Of a stretch of DNA of 64,000 nt, positions 8,808 to 19,864 are shown one piece after another. Under the pieces are notes generated by a model. The model worked only from the letters and a program-made list of their open reading frames with translations, was not told the origin of the DNA and made no database searches. Position numbers and translations under genes: made by a program. Source of the stretch: Bacteroidales bacterium (lineage in GTDB: Bacteria > Bacteroidota > Bacteroidia > Bacteroidales > NBLH01); assembly GCA_016937695.1 (NCBI GenBank), contig JAFGWC010000002.1, positions 2,317 to 66,316 of the forward strand, read 5' to 3'. The number at the start of each line of letters is the position of its first letter. Within the stretch, counting starts at the first letter, position 1.

Positions 8808-9683
8808 TTAATTTATAACTTTTAACAATTCAACTTCAAATATTAAACTTGAAAACGGCGGTATTATTTTACCATATCCTTTTTCACCATATGCAAGATG
8901 TGATGGAATAATAAACTTAGCTTTTGTACCTTCTTTCATTTTTACAAATCCTTCTTCCCAAGCAGCTATTACTTCTGATTTACCTAAAACAAATTCAAAT
9001 GGTGTATTTCTATCATAAGATGAATCGAATTTTTCTCCATTAATAAATTTGCCAACATAATTAACTCTTAATCTAAAACCTGGTTTTGCTTCAATTCCAT
9101 TTCCTGATTTTTCAATAATTTTATATAAACCTGATATACTTGGCTCAATATTTATATTATTATCAGCAATATATTGTTCTATAATTTCATCTTCAGCTTT
9201 TTTTAATGCTGCAAAATATTTTTCTCTCTCAATTTTAATTTCATCCACAGATAAAATTCTAACAAGCTCAATATCAAATGTTAACAACGATAATTCCTCT
9301 ATCCCTTCAGGCAGATTTTGATTACTATTAATATAAAATGAATCGGCAGGCATTTTAAAAATAGCTCTTTCACCTACTTTTAAATGCATAATTGCATTTT
9401 CAATGCTCAGTTTATTTTTATTTTCAACTTTTAACTCAACTCTAAATGGTCCATCAATTTCCTTTGAATCAAATAATAAAGAGTCTTTGCTATCAGCATA
9501 TTTTATTTTAAGTTCTACAAAATCACTAAATTCAGGTTTTAAACCATCTTTATTTTCTATTAAATGCTTGTAATACAACCCATTAGAATCTTCGTTGAAA
9601 TCAGAAAAATTACACTGGATTAAAAATAATTGCAAAATAATAATCAAAAAATATTTAATTATCTTTTCATTAAAAACAAACAT
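8808..9683 (-). CDS. FKBP-type peptidyl-prolyl isomerase with N-terminal extra domain
   Basis: C-terminal RVNYVGKFINGEKFDSSYDR...VIAAWEEG...IPSHLAYGEKG. The N-terminal half is a degenerate FKBP-like domain. Confidence 0.8.
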   Translation of the reverse strand: MFVFNEKIIKYFLIIILQLFLIQCNFSDFNEDSNGLYYKHLIENKDGLKPEFSDFVELKIKYADSKDSLLFDSKEIDGPFRVELKVENKNKLSIENAIMHLKVGERAIFKMPADSFYINSNQNLPEGIEELSLLTFDIELVRILSVDEIKIEREKYFAALKKAEDEIIEQYIADNNINIEPSISGLYKIIEKSGNGIEAKPGFRLRVNYVGKFINGEKFDSSYDRNTPFEFVLGKSEVIAAWEEGFVKMKEGTKAKFIIPSHLAYGEKGYGKIIPPFSSLIFEVELLKVIN

Positions 9684-9700
9684 ATTATCTAAAAATTTAG

Positions 9701-10516
9701 TTAGTAAGATTCATTTTCATTAGGAAAATCAACATCTTTAACATCTTTAATATAGTTATTAACAGCACCTTTTATTTCTTCAGATAAATTATGATATCTC
9801 CTCAAAAACCTTGGTGAAAAAGCCTGTGTAATTCCCAGCATATCATGAATTACAAGCACTTGCCCATCAACTTTATTACCTGCACCAATTCCAATTATTG
9901 GAATATGCAACTCAGAAGCAACTTGTCCTGCCAGTTTTGCCGGAATTTTTTCTAAAACAATTCCAAAACATCCTGTATCTTCAAGAATATGAGCATCTTC
10001 AATAAGTTTTTTTGCTTCTTCTTCTTCTTTTGCTCTAACTACATAAGTACCAAATTTATGAATAGATTGAGGCGTTAAACCTAAATGTCCTAAAACAGGT
10101 ATTCCAGCACTTAATATTCTTTCAATAGACTCTTTGATTTCAAGTCCACCTTCAACCTTAACTGCATGAGCACCAGTTTCTTTCATTATTTGAATTGCTG
10201 CAGATAAAGCTAATTTTGAGTTTCCCTGATATGTTCCAAAAGGCAAATCAACAACAACCAATGCTCTTTTTACAGCCCTTAAAACAGAACTTGCATGATA
10301 TATCATCTGATCCAATGTAATTGGCAATGTTGATTCATGACCGGCCATAACATTAGAAGCAGAATCGCCAACTAATATCACATCAATACCTGCCTGATCT
10401 ATTATTTTAGCCATAGAATAATCATAGGCAGTCAACATAGCAATTTTTTCGCCTCTCAGCTTCATTTCATGAAGAACATGAGTGGTTACTCTTTTTATAT
10501 TAGAATGAACTGACAT
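9701..10516 (-). CDS. panB: 3-methyl-2-oxobutanoate hydroxymethyltransferase
   Basis: [43 protein letters not shown]: canonical PanB. I chose the internal ATG (rc of 10514-10516) because the 24 codons upstream in the track ORF are hydrophobic junk not seen in PanB. Confidence 0.85.
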   Translation of the reverse strand: MSVHSNIKRVTTHVLHEMKLRGEKIAMLTAYDYSMAKIIDQAGIDVILVGDSASNVMAGHESTLPITLDQMIYHASSVLRAVKRALVVVDLPFGTYQGNSKLALSAAIQIMKETGAHAVKVEGGLEIKESIERILSAGIPVLGHLGLTPQSIHKFGTYVVRAKEEEEAKKLIEDAHILEDTGCFGIVLEKIPAKLAGQVASELHIPIIGIGAGNKVDGQVLVIHDMLGITQAFSPRFLRRYHNLSEEIKGAVNNYIKDVKDVDFPNENESY

Positions 10517-10758
10517 AATATCTTTATAAAAATTAATATTTTCTGCAATTATAATAAACAAAGTTAAATTATATATCTCAAATGACAAAGATTATCACAT
10601 TTATGTCTTTTTGTCAGTGTTTTTGTCAAACTTCTTTAACAAAAACATTAAAACAAGTCAATTTTTCATCTAAAAAGAATAAAAAAACACTGGCATAATG
10701 ATTGAATAAAACAAAACGAAAATTAGAAATAACAAATAACAAATTAAATATTATAAAA

Positions 10759-12660
10759 ATGGGAAAAATCATTGGGATAGACCTAGGTACAACAAACTCA
10801 TGCGTATCAGTAATGGAAGGTAGCGAACCTGTTGTTATTCCAAATAGCGAAGGTAAAAGAACAACTCCATCAATAGTTGCATTTATTGAAGGCAGCGAAA
10901 GAAAAGTTGGTGATCCTGCAAAAAGGCAAGCAATTACAAACCCTGAAAAAACTATTTCTTCTATAAAAAGATTTATGGGTGAAACATTTGACAGAGTTTC
11001 TAAGGAAATTGGCAGAGTACCTTATAAAGTTATTAAAGGGAAAAATAATACTCCAAGAGTGTTAATTGACGATAGAGAATACTCACCGCAAGAAATTTCA
11101 GCTATGGTTCTTCAAAAAATGAAAAAAACCGCTGAAGACTATCTTGGACAAGAAGTTACAGAAGCCGTTATTACAGTGCCTGCCTATTTTTCTGATTCGC
11201 AAAGGCAAGCTACCAAAGAAGCCGGTGAAATTGCGGGTTTGATTGTAAAAAGAATTATTAATGAACCAACTGCAGCATCACTTGCTTATGGTTTAGATAA
11301 AAAGGGTAAAGACATTAACGTTGCAGTTTTCGACCTTGGTGGTGGTACTTTTGATATCTCAATACTAGAATTAGGAGATGGTGTTTTTGAAGTAAAATCT
11401 ACAAATGGTAATACTCACCTTGGCGGTGATGACTTTGATCAAGTTATAATTGATTGGTTAGCAGATGAATTTAAAAACGAGCACAATCTTGATTTAAGAA
11501 AAGATCCAATGGCGCTTCAAAGACTTAAAGAAGCTGCAGAAAAAGCTAAAATTGAATTATCAAGCAGTTCAAGCACTGAAATTAATCTACCATATATTAT
11601 GCCGGTTGATGGAATTCCAAAACATCTTGTTAAAACTTTAACTAGAGCAAATTTTGAAAAACTTGCAGATAAATTAATTCAAGATGTTATTGGACCATGT
11701 AATGCTGCCATAAAAGACTCTGGATTAAGCATATCTGAAATTGACGAAGTTATTTTAGTAGGAGGTTCTACCAGAATTCCTGCTATTCAAGATAAAGTAA
11801 AAGAACTTTTTGGGCGAGAAGCTTCAAAAGGTGTTAACCCTGACGAGGTTGTTGCTATTGGTGCTGCAATTCAAGGTGGTGTATTAACAGGTGAAGTTAC
11901 TGATGTTCTTTTATTGGATGTTACGCCTCTTTCTCTTGGTATTGAAACAATGGGACAAGTAATGACAAAGTTAATTGAATCAAATACTACAATACCAACA
12001 AAAAAATCTGAAACTTTTACAACAGCAGTTGATAATCAACCGTCTGTAGAAATTCATGTTTTACAAGGTGAAAGACCAATGGCTAAAGATAATAAAACAA
12101 TTGGTAGATTTCATTTAGACAGTATTCCGCCAGCACCAAGAGGTGTACCTCAAATTGAAGTAACTTTTGATATTGATGCAAACGGAATATTAAATGTTTC
12201 GGCTAAAGACAAAGGAACAGGTAAAGTACAAAGTATTAGAATTGAAGCTTCTTCAGGCCTTACTGATGCCGAAATTGAAAGAATGAAAAATGAAGCTAAA
12301 GAAAATGAAGAAAAAGATAAAGCTGAAAAAGAGAGAATTGATAAATTAAATAACGCAGACAGCCTTATTTTTCAGACAGAGAAACAATTAAAAGAATTTG
12401 GCGACAAACTTCCTTCTGATAAAAAAGGACCAATTGAAGCAGCATTAATTAAATTAAAAGATGCACATAAAACTCAGGATATAGCAGGAATAGATTCAGC
12501 TACAAAAGAGCTTAATGATGTTTTTCAAGCTGCATCTCAAGAGATGTACAATGCTCAAGCGCAACAAGAACAATCTCAAAACCCTAATACAAGTCAACAA
12601 CAAGCCGAAAACAAAGGTGAAGATGATGTTACAGATGTTGATTTTGAAGAAGTTAAATAA
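10759..12660 (+). CDS. dnaK: molecular chaperone DnaK (Hsp70)
   Basis: [21 protein letters not shown]..., [20 protein letters not shown]. Start moved to ATG 10759, the canonical [15 protein letters not shown]-terminus. Confidence 0.97.
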   Translation: MGKIIGIDLGTTNSCVSVMEGSEPVVIPNSEGKRTTPSIVAFIEGSERKVGDPAKRQAITNPEKTISSIKRFMGETFDRVSKEIGRVPYKVIKGKNNTPRVLIDDREYSPQEISAMVLQKMKKTAEDYLGQEVTEAVITVPAYFSDSQRQATKEAGEIAGLIVKRIINEPTAASLAYGLDKKGKDINVAVFDLGGGTFDISILELGDGVFEVKSTNGNTHLGGDDFDQVIIDWLADEFKNEHNLDLRKDPMALQRLKEAAEKAKIELSSSSSTEINLPYIMPVDGIPKHLVKTLTRANFEKLADKLIQDVIGPCNAAIKDSGLSISEIDEVILVGGSTRIPAIQDKVKELFGREASKGVNPDEVVAIGAAIQGGVLTGEVTDVLLLDVTPLSLGIETMGQVMTKLIESNTTIPTKKSETFTTAVDNQPSVEIHVLQGERPMAKDNKTIGRFHLDSIPPAPRGVPQIEVTFDIDANGILNVSAKDKGTGKVQSIRIEASSGLTDAEIERMKNEAKENEEKDKAEKERIDKLNNADSLIFQTEKQLKEFGDKLPSDKKGPIEAALIKLKDAHKTQDIAGIDSATKELNDVFQAASQEMYNAQAQQEQSQNPNTSQQQAENKGEDDVTDVDFEEVK

Positions 12661-12684
12661 ACTTACAATAATATTTTTTATTAG

Positions 12685-12714
12685 AGGCTGCTTTTTTAAG
12701 CAGCCTTTTTTTTT
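12685..12714 (+). terminator. rho-independent terminator of dnaK
   Basis: AGGCTGCTT (12685-12693) / AAGCAGCCT (12698-12706) followed by a T-run. Confidence 0.7.
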
Positions 12715-12775
12715 GTAAATAGTACAAAATTCGTATCTTGTTCCTACGATTGCCATTAAACTAAATTTAACAGCT

Positions 12776-13894
12776 ATGAATAATTTAACAGTTTTTTTTC
12801 TGATTCTCTTTTTAGTTATAACACCAGGAACAATTGCCGTATTTTACTTAATTTTTAAGAACACTATAACATTTGTTATAGGAATGTCAATGACATTTCC
12901 TATAGTTATTATTACTTTTTTTACATATGTTATTGGAACTGAAGGCCTTCAGCATTTATTTTGGGCTGTTCCTATAGCAGTTGCCACTCTTCTTTTAGGT
13001 TATTATATTATTCATAAAAAAGTTGGATTTCCTATAAGAGAACTTGCTAATAATGTGAATTCTGTTTCAGGTGAAGAATTAGAAATAACTATAAAAAAAG
13101 ATTATTTTAAATATAAAAATGAGATTGGTATTATTTCGGAATCGCTTAATAATATGATTACTCATTTGAAAAGCATTGTAGTTGATGTAAAAGAAGCATC
13201 AAGTATTTTGACAACAGTTAGTTATGAAATGAATATGAGTGCTCAGGAAATGGCTAATGTTGCATCAGAACAATCTGCATCTTTCGAACAAGTTTCTGCA
13301 TCAATAAGCCAAATTGCAGAAAAAGCAAAAGATAACAATTTAAATGCTCAAAAAACTGAAACTGTTGTTTCCAATTCGGCCTTAAAAATCGAAGAAAACA
13401 GCATAAGTGTACAAAATGCAGTTGATTCATTAACAGCAATTTCGGATAAAATAAATATCATAAACGATATTGCTTTTCAAACAAATATACTTTCGCTAAA
13501 TGCTGCAATAGAAGCTGCTAGAGCAGGAAAAGCCGGAAAAGGTTTTGGTGTTGTAGCCAATGAAGTTGGAAAATTAGCAGAAAGAAGCAAGCTTTCGGCT
13601 AATGAAATTAGTGAAATCTCAAATAAAAGTTCAGATACTGCGCTTAAAGCAAGTGAAATTTCAAAAAGCATTATTCCTGAAATAAAAAACACTGAAAAAC
13701 TTATTAAAGAAATAGTTAGCGCCGGAAAAGAACAAGAATTAAATGCAATGCAAATAAATACTTCGCTTATACAACTAAATAATTCGCTTCAAAATTTAGC
13801 AAGTAACTCTGAAGAAACAGCGGCAAGTGCAGAAGAACTTTCAAGTCAAGCTGAACATTTAAACGATTTAATTTCATTCTTTAGAACGAATTAA
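12776..13894 (+). CDS. methyl-accepting chemotaxis protein-like transducer (372 aa, membrane N-terminus, no periplasmic domain)
   Basis: Highly conserved MCP hairpin tip [44 protein letters not shown]-terminal TM segments followed by a HAMP-like stretch. Confidence 0.85.
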   Translation: MNNLTVFFLILFLVITPGTIAVFYLIFKNTITFVIGMSMTFPIVIITFFTYVIGTEGLQHLFWAVPIAVATLLLGYYIIHKKVGFPIRELANNVNSVSGEELEITIKKDYFKYKNEIGIISESLNNMITHLKSIVVDVKEASSILTTVSYEMNMSAQEMANVASEQSASFEQVSASISQIAEKAKDNNLNAQKTETVVSNSALKIEENSISVQNAVDSLTAISDKINIINDIAFQTNILSLNAAIEAARAGKAGKGFGVVANEVGKLAERSKLSANEISEISNKSSDTALKASEISKSIIPEIKNTEKLIKEIVSAGKEQELNAMQINTSLIQLNNSLQNLASNSEETAASAEELSSQAEHLNDLISFFRTN

Positions 13895-13978
13895 AAAATC
13901 AAACTGTTAATTACATTTTACATTAGCAGCTTGATTTTCTTTGTTTTATAAACTCACCCGTTTTGATTGAAATTTTGA

Positions 13979-14872
13979 TTAATTGTTAAAATCTATTTTG
14001 TAATTCGGATTGTATTTTTCTAAATTTAGTTCTTGAGTAATAGGTTTTAATGCAAGACGCATAGATCCATATTCTTTTCCATTTATAGAAAGAGCCAGAC
14101 AATTAAAATTTTGGTAACTGTTTTCTAAATAATAAATTATAATTTTAACTGTATCGCCGGCAAAAGCTAAATTATCAGCCTTTATTTTTCCATCTAAAAC
14201 TAAGTATTTTAAATTCTCATCTCCATAAATATGTGCAAATAATTTACCGGCAGCCAAGCTCATTTGATGCATTAATATTGCTATTGGAATGGCTTCGTAA
14301 TTAGGGAAATGTCCAGAACATTGATATGGCTCTAATGGTCCTAATGTAGCTTCAAGTTTATTGTTTTTTATCACATAATCTTGCAATTTTATTTCATTGA
14401 GATATGGATTTCCAAAATGTTTTAAAATTTTGGCACTTTTGTATTTATCAAATATTTTTTCAAACATAACATTTTGCATGAAATAATATTTTATGACAAC
14501 ATTATACAAATGAACACCGAAACTATTATATAAGTTTGTTTCAACATATCCATTTCTTTTATTTATATAAATTGTTTCAGCTGTTCCGTATAACTCAGAA
14601 TCATCATTTTTGCATGAAATTCTTGTTACATCTGCATTTATAGCTAAATAATAATACTTCAAATTATCAGGCATTTTTAAAGAAATAGAACAAGAACCCA
14701 AAATTGCAAGATGTCTGCCAACTTCTGCTGCCGGAATAACACATATTTCGTTGTTTTTTTGTTGCTCTTTATGTATTTTAGCTTTTATAACTCCCTCTTT
14801 TTCAATAGATAAGTCTTTTAAAGCAAAATATGGTGGTTGAACTGCAATTTTTGTTAATATTTTATCAATCAT
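13979..14872 (-). CDS. hypothetical protein, possibly double hotdog fold (dehydratase/thioesterase-like)
   Basis: IPAAEVGRHLAILGS in the N-terminal half and CSGHFPNYEAIPIAILMHQMS in the C-terminal half resemble FabA/FabZ-type hotdog motifs. Assignment by eye only. Confidence 0.35.
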   Translation of the reverse strand: MIDKILTKIAVQPPYFALKDLSIEKEGVIKAKIHKEQQKNNEICVIPAAEVGRHLAILGSCSISLKMPDNLKYYYLAINADVTRISCKNDDSELYGTAETIYINKRNGYVETNLYNSFGVHLYNVVIKYYFMQNVMFEKIFDKYKSAKILKHFGNPYLNEIKLQDYVIKNNKLEATLGPLEPYQCSGHFPNYEAIPIAILMHQMSLAAGKLFAHIYGDENLKYLVLDGKIKADNLAFAGDTVKIIIYYLENSYQNFNCLALSINGKEYGSMRLALKPITQELNLEKYNPNYKIDFNN

Positions 14873-15111
14873 CTTAAAAAAAAATTTATCTAAAGTACAT
14901 TTTTTTTTTTTTAATATTATGCATGCAGTTATTTTTTTATAAAATTTTTGTATTTTTAAATATCAACTTACACATATAATTAAGCCTTCTAAACAATAAT
15001 AAAAATTAATTTGTTTATTTATGGAGATAAAATATTTAACAAACTAGAATCAAAAAAACACTAATATTTAAAAAAGGAGTATTTTTGTATTAAACAAAAA
15101 TAACTTCTATC

Positions 15112-15801
15112 ATGAAAAACTTAAGCTTCCTAATTTTTTATTCCCTTTTAAATTCAAATATTGTTTCCTGCCAGGGAATAAATAAAGCTGTTGATGATTT
15201 TTTTCATTATCAATTTATTCATCCTGGTGAAGTTAATAAATTATCATATTCTGAAATTAAAGGAAGTCCTTATCTTACAGATGATTTTGTGGAAAGTAAA
15301 ATCTATTTATCAAAAGACAGTATATTTTCAATTCATTTAAGATATAATATTTTTAACAATCAAATTGAATTTCAAAAAGAGAATGAAGTTTATGCAATAA
15401 GTAATCCGGAAATATTTCAAAAAATTAAGATTCTTAACTCCACTTTTATATATTATAATGACAAAAGTGATTCTAAAAAAAATTCTTATTATAAATTATT
15501 AGTTGAAGGTGATTGCTATTTATTAGCAAAAAACAGAGTTAGATTTAAAGAGCAAGGAGAAGAAAAACCTTATGTTGGAGCTAGTCCTGCAGAATTTATA
15601 AGATTAAAAGATCAATATTTATTATTTTTAAACGAAAATTCACCAATCGCAATAAAAAATAATAAATCATTAAAAAATATACTTTCAGATAAAAAAGATG
15701 AAATTTCTGACTTTATAAAAAAAGAGAAAATTTCTTGTCAAGATGAAAATGATTTAATTAAACTAATAACTTACTATAATAAATTAAAGCAATCGAAATA
15801 A
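15112..15801 (+). CDS. secreted hypothetical protein (229 aa)
   Basis: ORF track. N-terminal signal peptide MKNLSFLIFYSLLNSNIVSCQ. No recognised domain. Confidence 0.5.
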   Translation: MKNLSFLIFYSLLNSNIVSCQGINKAVDDFFHYQFIHPGEVNKLSYSEIKGSPYLTDDFVESKIYLSKDSIFSIHLRYNIFNNQIEFQKENEVYAISNPEIFQKIKILNSTFIYYNDKSDSKKNSYYKLLVEGDCYLLAKNRVRFKEQGEEKPYVGASPAEFIRLKDQYLLFLNENSPIAIKNNKSLKNILSDKKDEISDFIKKEKISCQDENDLIKLITYYNKLKQSK

Positions 15802-15880
15802 TCTAATGCAATTATAACTTATTGTAACACAAGCATTTAATGTAATAAATATCTCTTTTCTAAAAATTAGATTTACTAAT

Positions 15881-15922
15881 TTTTATTTCCCAAAACAACC
15901 ATAAGTTTTTTTGGGAAATAAA
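15881..15922 (+). terminator. 15-bp perfect hairpin (terminator-like)
   Basis: TTTTATTTCCCAAAA (15881-15895) / TTTTGGGAAATAAAA (15908-15922), 80 nt downstream of the stop at 15801. Confidence 0.45.
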
Positions 15923-16017
15923 AATGCTGATTTAATTATTAAAATTTATTATTATTATCGTATTGTTTTATAGAAAGTTTTTATTTTTAAAAATAATTTA
16001 AATAATACTTCAGCACA

Positions 16018-17136
16018 ATGACTAATAATACTTTAACATTTTTGATAATATTCTTGGTAATTCTTGTGCCAGCTCACATTATTGTATTTTGGTTGATTTT
16101 TAAAAAAACTATAAATTATACTATTGGTATGATTATGTCTACTCCAATAATTATTTCAATTATTGTTGCATACATTGTTGGTGCTTATGGAATTATAAAT
16201 CTTTTTTGGGCAGTACCTGTTGTTGTTTTTGTTTTACAGGCAATTTATATTTTCATGAATAAAAAAGTAGGAACTCCTTTGAAAGAATTAAAAGAACAAA
16301 TGGTAAATGCTCAAAAAGGTAATCTTAATATTGCTGAAAATAAAGTAATACTCAAATTTGATAACGAATTAAGTGAAATGGCAGCTACTTTTTATCAAAT
16401 GATTAATCATTATAAAAAAATTGTAAATAATGTTCAAAATGCAGCTGTAATATTAGCAAATGTTAGTAATGAATTACAAACAAATTCACAGGAAATGTCA
16501 AATATATCTGCGGAACAGGCAGCTTCTTTTGAGGAAGTAGCTTCAACTATTGAACAAATACTTTCAAACACAAAATTAAACACTACAAAAGCACACGAAG
16601 CCGGTAAAATTGTTAATAAGACTGTAAATAAAATAGAATTAAACAATACTAATGTTGAAAAATCAGTTGATTCTTTAAATTTGATAGCCCAAAAAATTAA
16701 TATAATAAACGATATAGCATTTCAAACAAATATTTTATCACTAAATGCAGCAGTTGAAGCTGCTAACGCCGGAGAATATGGAAAAGGATTTAGTGTAGTT
16801 GCCAAAGAAGTTGGTAATTTAGCTGAAAAAAGTAAAATATCGGCTAGTGAAATTCAAGAAATATCAAATAAAAGCACAAAAATAGCAAGTGAAACAAAAA
16901 GTATTTCTAAAGAAATTGTTCCTGAAATAAAAAATACATCAAAAGTAATTCAAGAAATTATTTTAAATAATATTGAACAAGAAAGAAGTGCTGAACAAAT
17001 CAATCTAAGTATTTCAGAATTAAATAACAGTGTACAAAAATTAGCAGGCACATCTGAAGAAACAGCTGCAAATGCTGAAGAACTAGCAGAACAGGCAAGT
17101 CAACTTAGAAAAATGGTTAACTTCTTTAAAGTTTGA
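16018..17136 (+). CDS. methyl-accepting chemotaxis protein-like transducer (372 aa), paralogue of 12776-13894
   Basis: [43 protein letters not shown]. Same length and colinear with the first MCP, roughly 50% identity by eye. Confidence 0.85.
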   Translation: MTNNTLTFLIIFLVILVPAHIIVFWLIFKKTINYTIGMIMSTPIIISIIVAYIVGAYGIINLFWAVPVVVFVLQAIYIFMNKKVGTPLKELKEQMVNAQKGNLNIAENKVILKFDNELSEMAATFYQMINHYKKIVNNVQNAAVILANVSNELQTNSQEMSNISAEQAASFEEVASTIEQILSNTKLNTTKAHEAGKIVNKTVNKIELNNTNVEKSVDSLNLIAQKINIINDIAFQTNILSLNAAVEAANAGEYGKGFSVVAKEVGNLAEKSKISASEIQEISNKSTKIASETKSISKEIVPEIKNTSKVIQEIILNNIEQERSAEQINLSISELNNSVQKLAGTSEETAANAEELAEQASQLRKMVNFFKV

Positions 17137-17227
17137 AATGATTAATATGCCAGCTTAATACTAAATTAGTATATTTGCAGAAATTTAATCATCTATATAA
17201 CTCTATATTAAAAAATTAATAAAAACA

Positions 17228-17986
17228 ATGTCTTTAAAAAATCAAATTATAGGAATAGAAAAAACAAAAATCACTTCTTACCAAATAGATTTAAAAGGAA
17301 AAGCTACAATTCAATCAATAGCCGGAATTTTTCAAGAAATAGCCGGAAATCATGCATCGGTAAATGGTTTTGGATTTAGCCAAATGGCTGAAAATAAACA
17401 AATGTGGGTTTTAACTCGTTTAAAAATTGAAGTTGAAAAATACCCTTATTGGTCTGATAATATAGAAGTTAGCACGTGGGTTGTAAGTAGAGAAAAATTT
17501 TTCTCTCGAAGAGATTTTGAAATTCATAATTCTGAAGACGAAAAAATTATTGCTGCTTCAACTGGTTGGATGCTTTTAGATACTCAAACTAAAAGACCAA
17601 AGTTAGTGGATAATATGAAAATGGATATTAATACTAATCCAAATAAGTTATCGTTAAATTCTGATATTTCTAAAATAAAATCTGAAACTAACTTAACAAA
17701 AATTGAAAATTATAAAATCAGATATAGCGATTTAGACGTAAATTTTCATGTAAATAATTTAAAATATATTAGAATTTTACTCGATTCATATGATTATGAT
17801 TGGTTAAAAACTTATAATGTGAAAATATTTGAAATCAACTATCTTGCAGAAGCCACATATGCTAATGAACTTGAAATTTTTCGAACAAATATTGAAAATA
17901 ATGAATTTGTTTTTAATCATGAAATAAGAAGAAAATCTGATGAAAAAGTTATATGCAGAGCAATAATAAACTGGACGAAAATATAA
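17228..17986 (+). CDS. acyl-[acyl-carrier-protein] thioesterase
   Basis: 252 aa. Double hotdog layout with MWVLTRLKIEV in the first half and YSDLDVNFHVNNLKYI in the second, as in FatA/B-type bacterial acyl-ACP thioesterases. Confidence 0.75.
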   Translation: MSLKNQIIGIEKTKITSYQIDLKGKATIQSIAGIFQEIAGNHASVNGFGFSQMAENKQMWVLTRLKIEVEKYPYWSDNIEVSTWVVSREKFFSRRDFEIHNSEDEKIIAASTGWMLLDTQTKRPKLVDNMKMDINTNPNKLSLNSDISKIKSETNLTKIENYKIRYSDLDVNFHVNNLKYIRILLDSYDYDWLKTYNVKIFEINYLAEATYANELEIFRTNIENNEFVFNHEIRRKSDEKVICRAIINWTKI

Positions 17987-17999
17987 AAATATCTATTAA

Positions 18000-18764
18000 T
18001 TGAAAGTAACATTTTTAGGAACAGGAACATCTCAAGGTGTTCCTGTAATTGCATGTGAATGTGATGTTTGCAAATCAAAAGACTCAAAAGACAAACGTTT
18101 AAGGTCGAGCATTATGATTGAAATTAATGACAAAACAATTGTTATTGATACCGGTCCTGATTTTAGACAACAAATGCTACGTGAAAATGTGAAAAAATTA
18201 GATGCAATTTTATTCACTCACGAGCACAAAGACCACATTGCAGGATTAGACGATATTAGAGCCTTTAATTATATTCATAAAAAACCGATGGATATTTATG
18301 CAGAACAACGAGTTCATGAAGCATTAAAAAGAGAATACGCATATGTTTTTGCTGAGTTTAAATATCCCGGAATTCCTGAAATGGAAATGCATGTTATTGA
18401 TAATAAGACTATTAAGATTTGTGGGATTGATGTTACACCGATAAGAGTTATGCATTATAAACTTCCAATTTTTGGATTTAGAATAAAAGATTTCAGCTAT
18501 ATTACTGATACAAATAGTATTAGTGATGTTGAGAAGAATAAGATTATAGGTTCAAAAATTATTGTTATTAATGCTTTAAGAAAAAAAAAACATATTTCTC
18601 ATTTTAATTTACAAGAAGCTTTAAATTTTATAGATGAGATAAAGCCTGAAATGGCTTATTTAACACATATTAGCCATTTAATGGGTTTGCAAGCAGATGT
18701 GGAATTAGAACTTCCCGAAAATGTTAAGTTTGCATATGATGGACTTAAAATCGAAATCGAATAA
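18000..18764 (+). CDS. MBL-fold metallo-hydrolase (PhnP-like)
   Basis: TTG start. KVTFLGTGTSQGVP, CECDVC zinc-ribbon-like insert, FTHEHKDHIAGLDD (HxHxDH). Confidence 0.8.
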   Translation: MKVTFLGTGTSQGVPVIACECDVCKSKDSKDKRLRSSIMIEINDKTIVIDTGPDFRQQMLRENVKKLDAILFTHEHKDHIAGLDDIRAFNYIHKKPMDIYAEQRVHEALKREYAYVFAEFKYPGIPEMEMHVIDNKTIKICGIDVTPIRVMHYKLPIFGFRIKDFSYITDTNSISDVEKNKIIGSKIIVINALRKKKHISHFNLQEALNFIDEIKPEMAYLTHISHLMGLQADVELELPENVKFAYDGLKIEIE

Positions 18765-18787
18765 GTATAAAAGCAATAGAAATAATA

Positions 18788-18920
18788 ATCGCTACAGTTA
18801 AGATTTTTTTGTGATATTTTAAATATATGGCTTATTTGATTTTTTGCAAGTAATTAGTAAACAGGCAATTAGCGACTAAGAATATTAGAAGTTTATTTTT
18901 AATTACTAATTTCTAATTTC
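18788..18920. repeat. intergenic repeat element, copy A (~130 bp)
   Basis: About 80% identical by eye and colinear with 50234-50364. Shared blocks: ATCGCTAYAGTT.AGATTTT, TGTGATATTTTAAATAT, TTTTTTGCAA.TAATTAGTA, AGAATATTAGAAGTT, TTTTTAATTAC..TAATTTCTAAT. Confidence 0.75.
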
Positions 18921-18951
18921 CTTTTCATTAATTTAAAAACCGAGGCCAAAA

Positions 18952-19854
18952 TCAATAAGTTATATCTGGCAGCTTATTTTTAAATACTTCTTCAAATTTT
19001 TTTAACTCATGTACTTTAATATGATTTTCAAGTTTTTCGTATGAGTAAATTAAATTTACAACAAGCCTTTGAACTATAGTTAAATTATCACATGGTGTAT
19101 AAAATGAATCTAAAGATTTTATTTGTTGTTGTTTTAAAAAATAATCAATTTCTCTTTTTGTTAATACAGCTCCATTATTATATGGATTAATATAAAACGA
19201 CACTATTTTATTTTCCAAATCAGTTTCTAATCCTGAATCGTAAAGTTCTTCAACATATGCAAGAATGAAATTTTTAGGTAAATTTACTCCATACAAAGGT
19301 AAACCCAGCCTTACTCCCACCATTAAATAAATTATAGCCAAAGCTATGGGATTACCTTTTCTATTATCTAAAACTTTATCTATAAATGAGTTATTAGGTG
19401 AATAGAAATCTATTGTATTTCTGGTAAATTTATGAATATTGAATATTATATGATTCAGCACTTTAATTTGTTCTAAAGGTGTTAAGTTTTCATTCATTTG
19501 CAGCCAAGCATCTCTTTTAATTTTTTCTATTTTTTGAGAAATAGTATAAAAATCTATATCGTTTGTATTATATTTTGCAACTAGATAAACACCTTTAAGT
19601 AAATCTTCACCTCCTTCTACAACCCAATTTTTAAACGAATTAAGAGTTGCAGTATACTCAATTTCTTTAACAATGGCATTTGTTCTTTCAATTAAAAGCT
19701 TATTTTCTGAATTGTCTTCAATATTAGATTTTAACTCTTTAACTGCAATCACGCCCCACTCCAAAAGTTTTTCTCTTACAGCATCAAAAACGACATTATC
19801 TGGGTCGTCAATAAGTTTTAGCATTGCTTTTAACTCTGGAACATTCAACTCCAT
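18952..19854 (-). CDS. transglutaminase-like / SirB1-family protein
   Basis: 300 aa. RKGNPIALAIIYLMVGVRLGLPLYGVNLPKNFILAY matches the conserved core of the SirB1/UPF0162 transglutaminase-like family. Confidence 0.6.
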   Translation of the reverse strand: MELNVPELKAMLKLIDDPDNVVFDAVREKLLEWGVIAVKELKSNIEDNSENKLLIERTNAIVKEIEYTATLNSFKNWVVEGGEDLLKGVYLVAKYNTNDIDFYTISQKIEKIKRDAWLQMNENLTPLEQIKVLNHIIFNIHKFTRNTIDFYSPNNSFIDKVLDNRKGNPIALAIIYLMVGVRLGLPLYGVNLPKNFILAYVEELYDSGLETDLENKIVSFYINPYNNGAVLTKREIDYFLKQQQIKSLDSFYTPCDNLTIVQRLVVNLIYSYEKLENHIKVHELKKFEEVFKNKLPDITY

Positions 19855-19864
19855 TTTTTTTATT

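Noticed and set aside
10517-10758. N-terminal extensions in the track (panB from 10588, dnaK from 10702; likewise rubredoxin from 50614 and the third MCP from 30925), and a CIRCE/HrcA operator upstream of dnaK
   Set aside because: The extensions add non-conserved residues ahead of canonical family N-termini, so internal ATGs were preferred. No TTAGCACTC-N9-GAGTGCTAA-like element is present in the dnaK upstream region.
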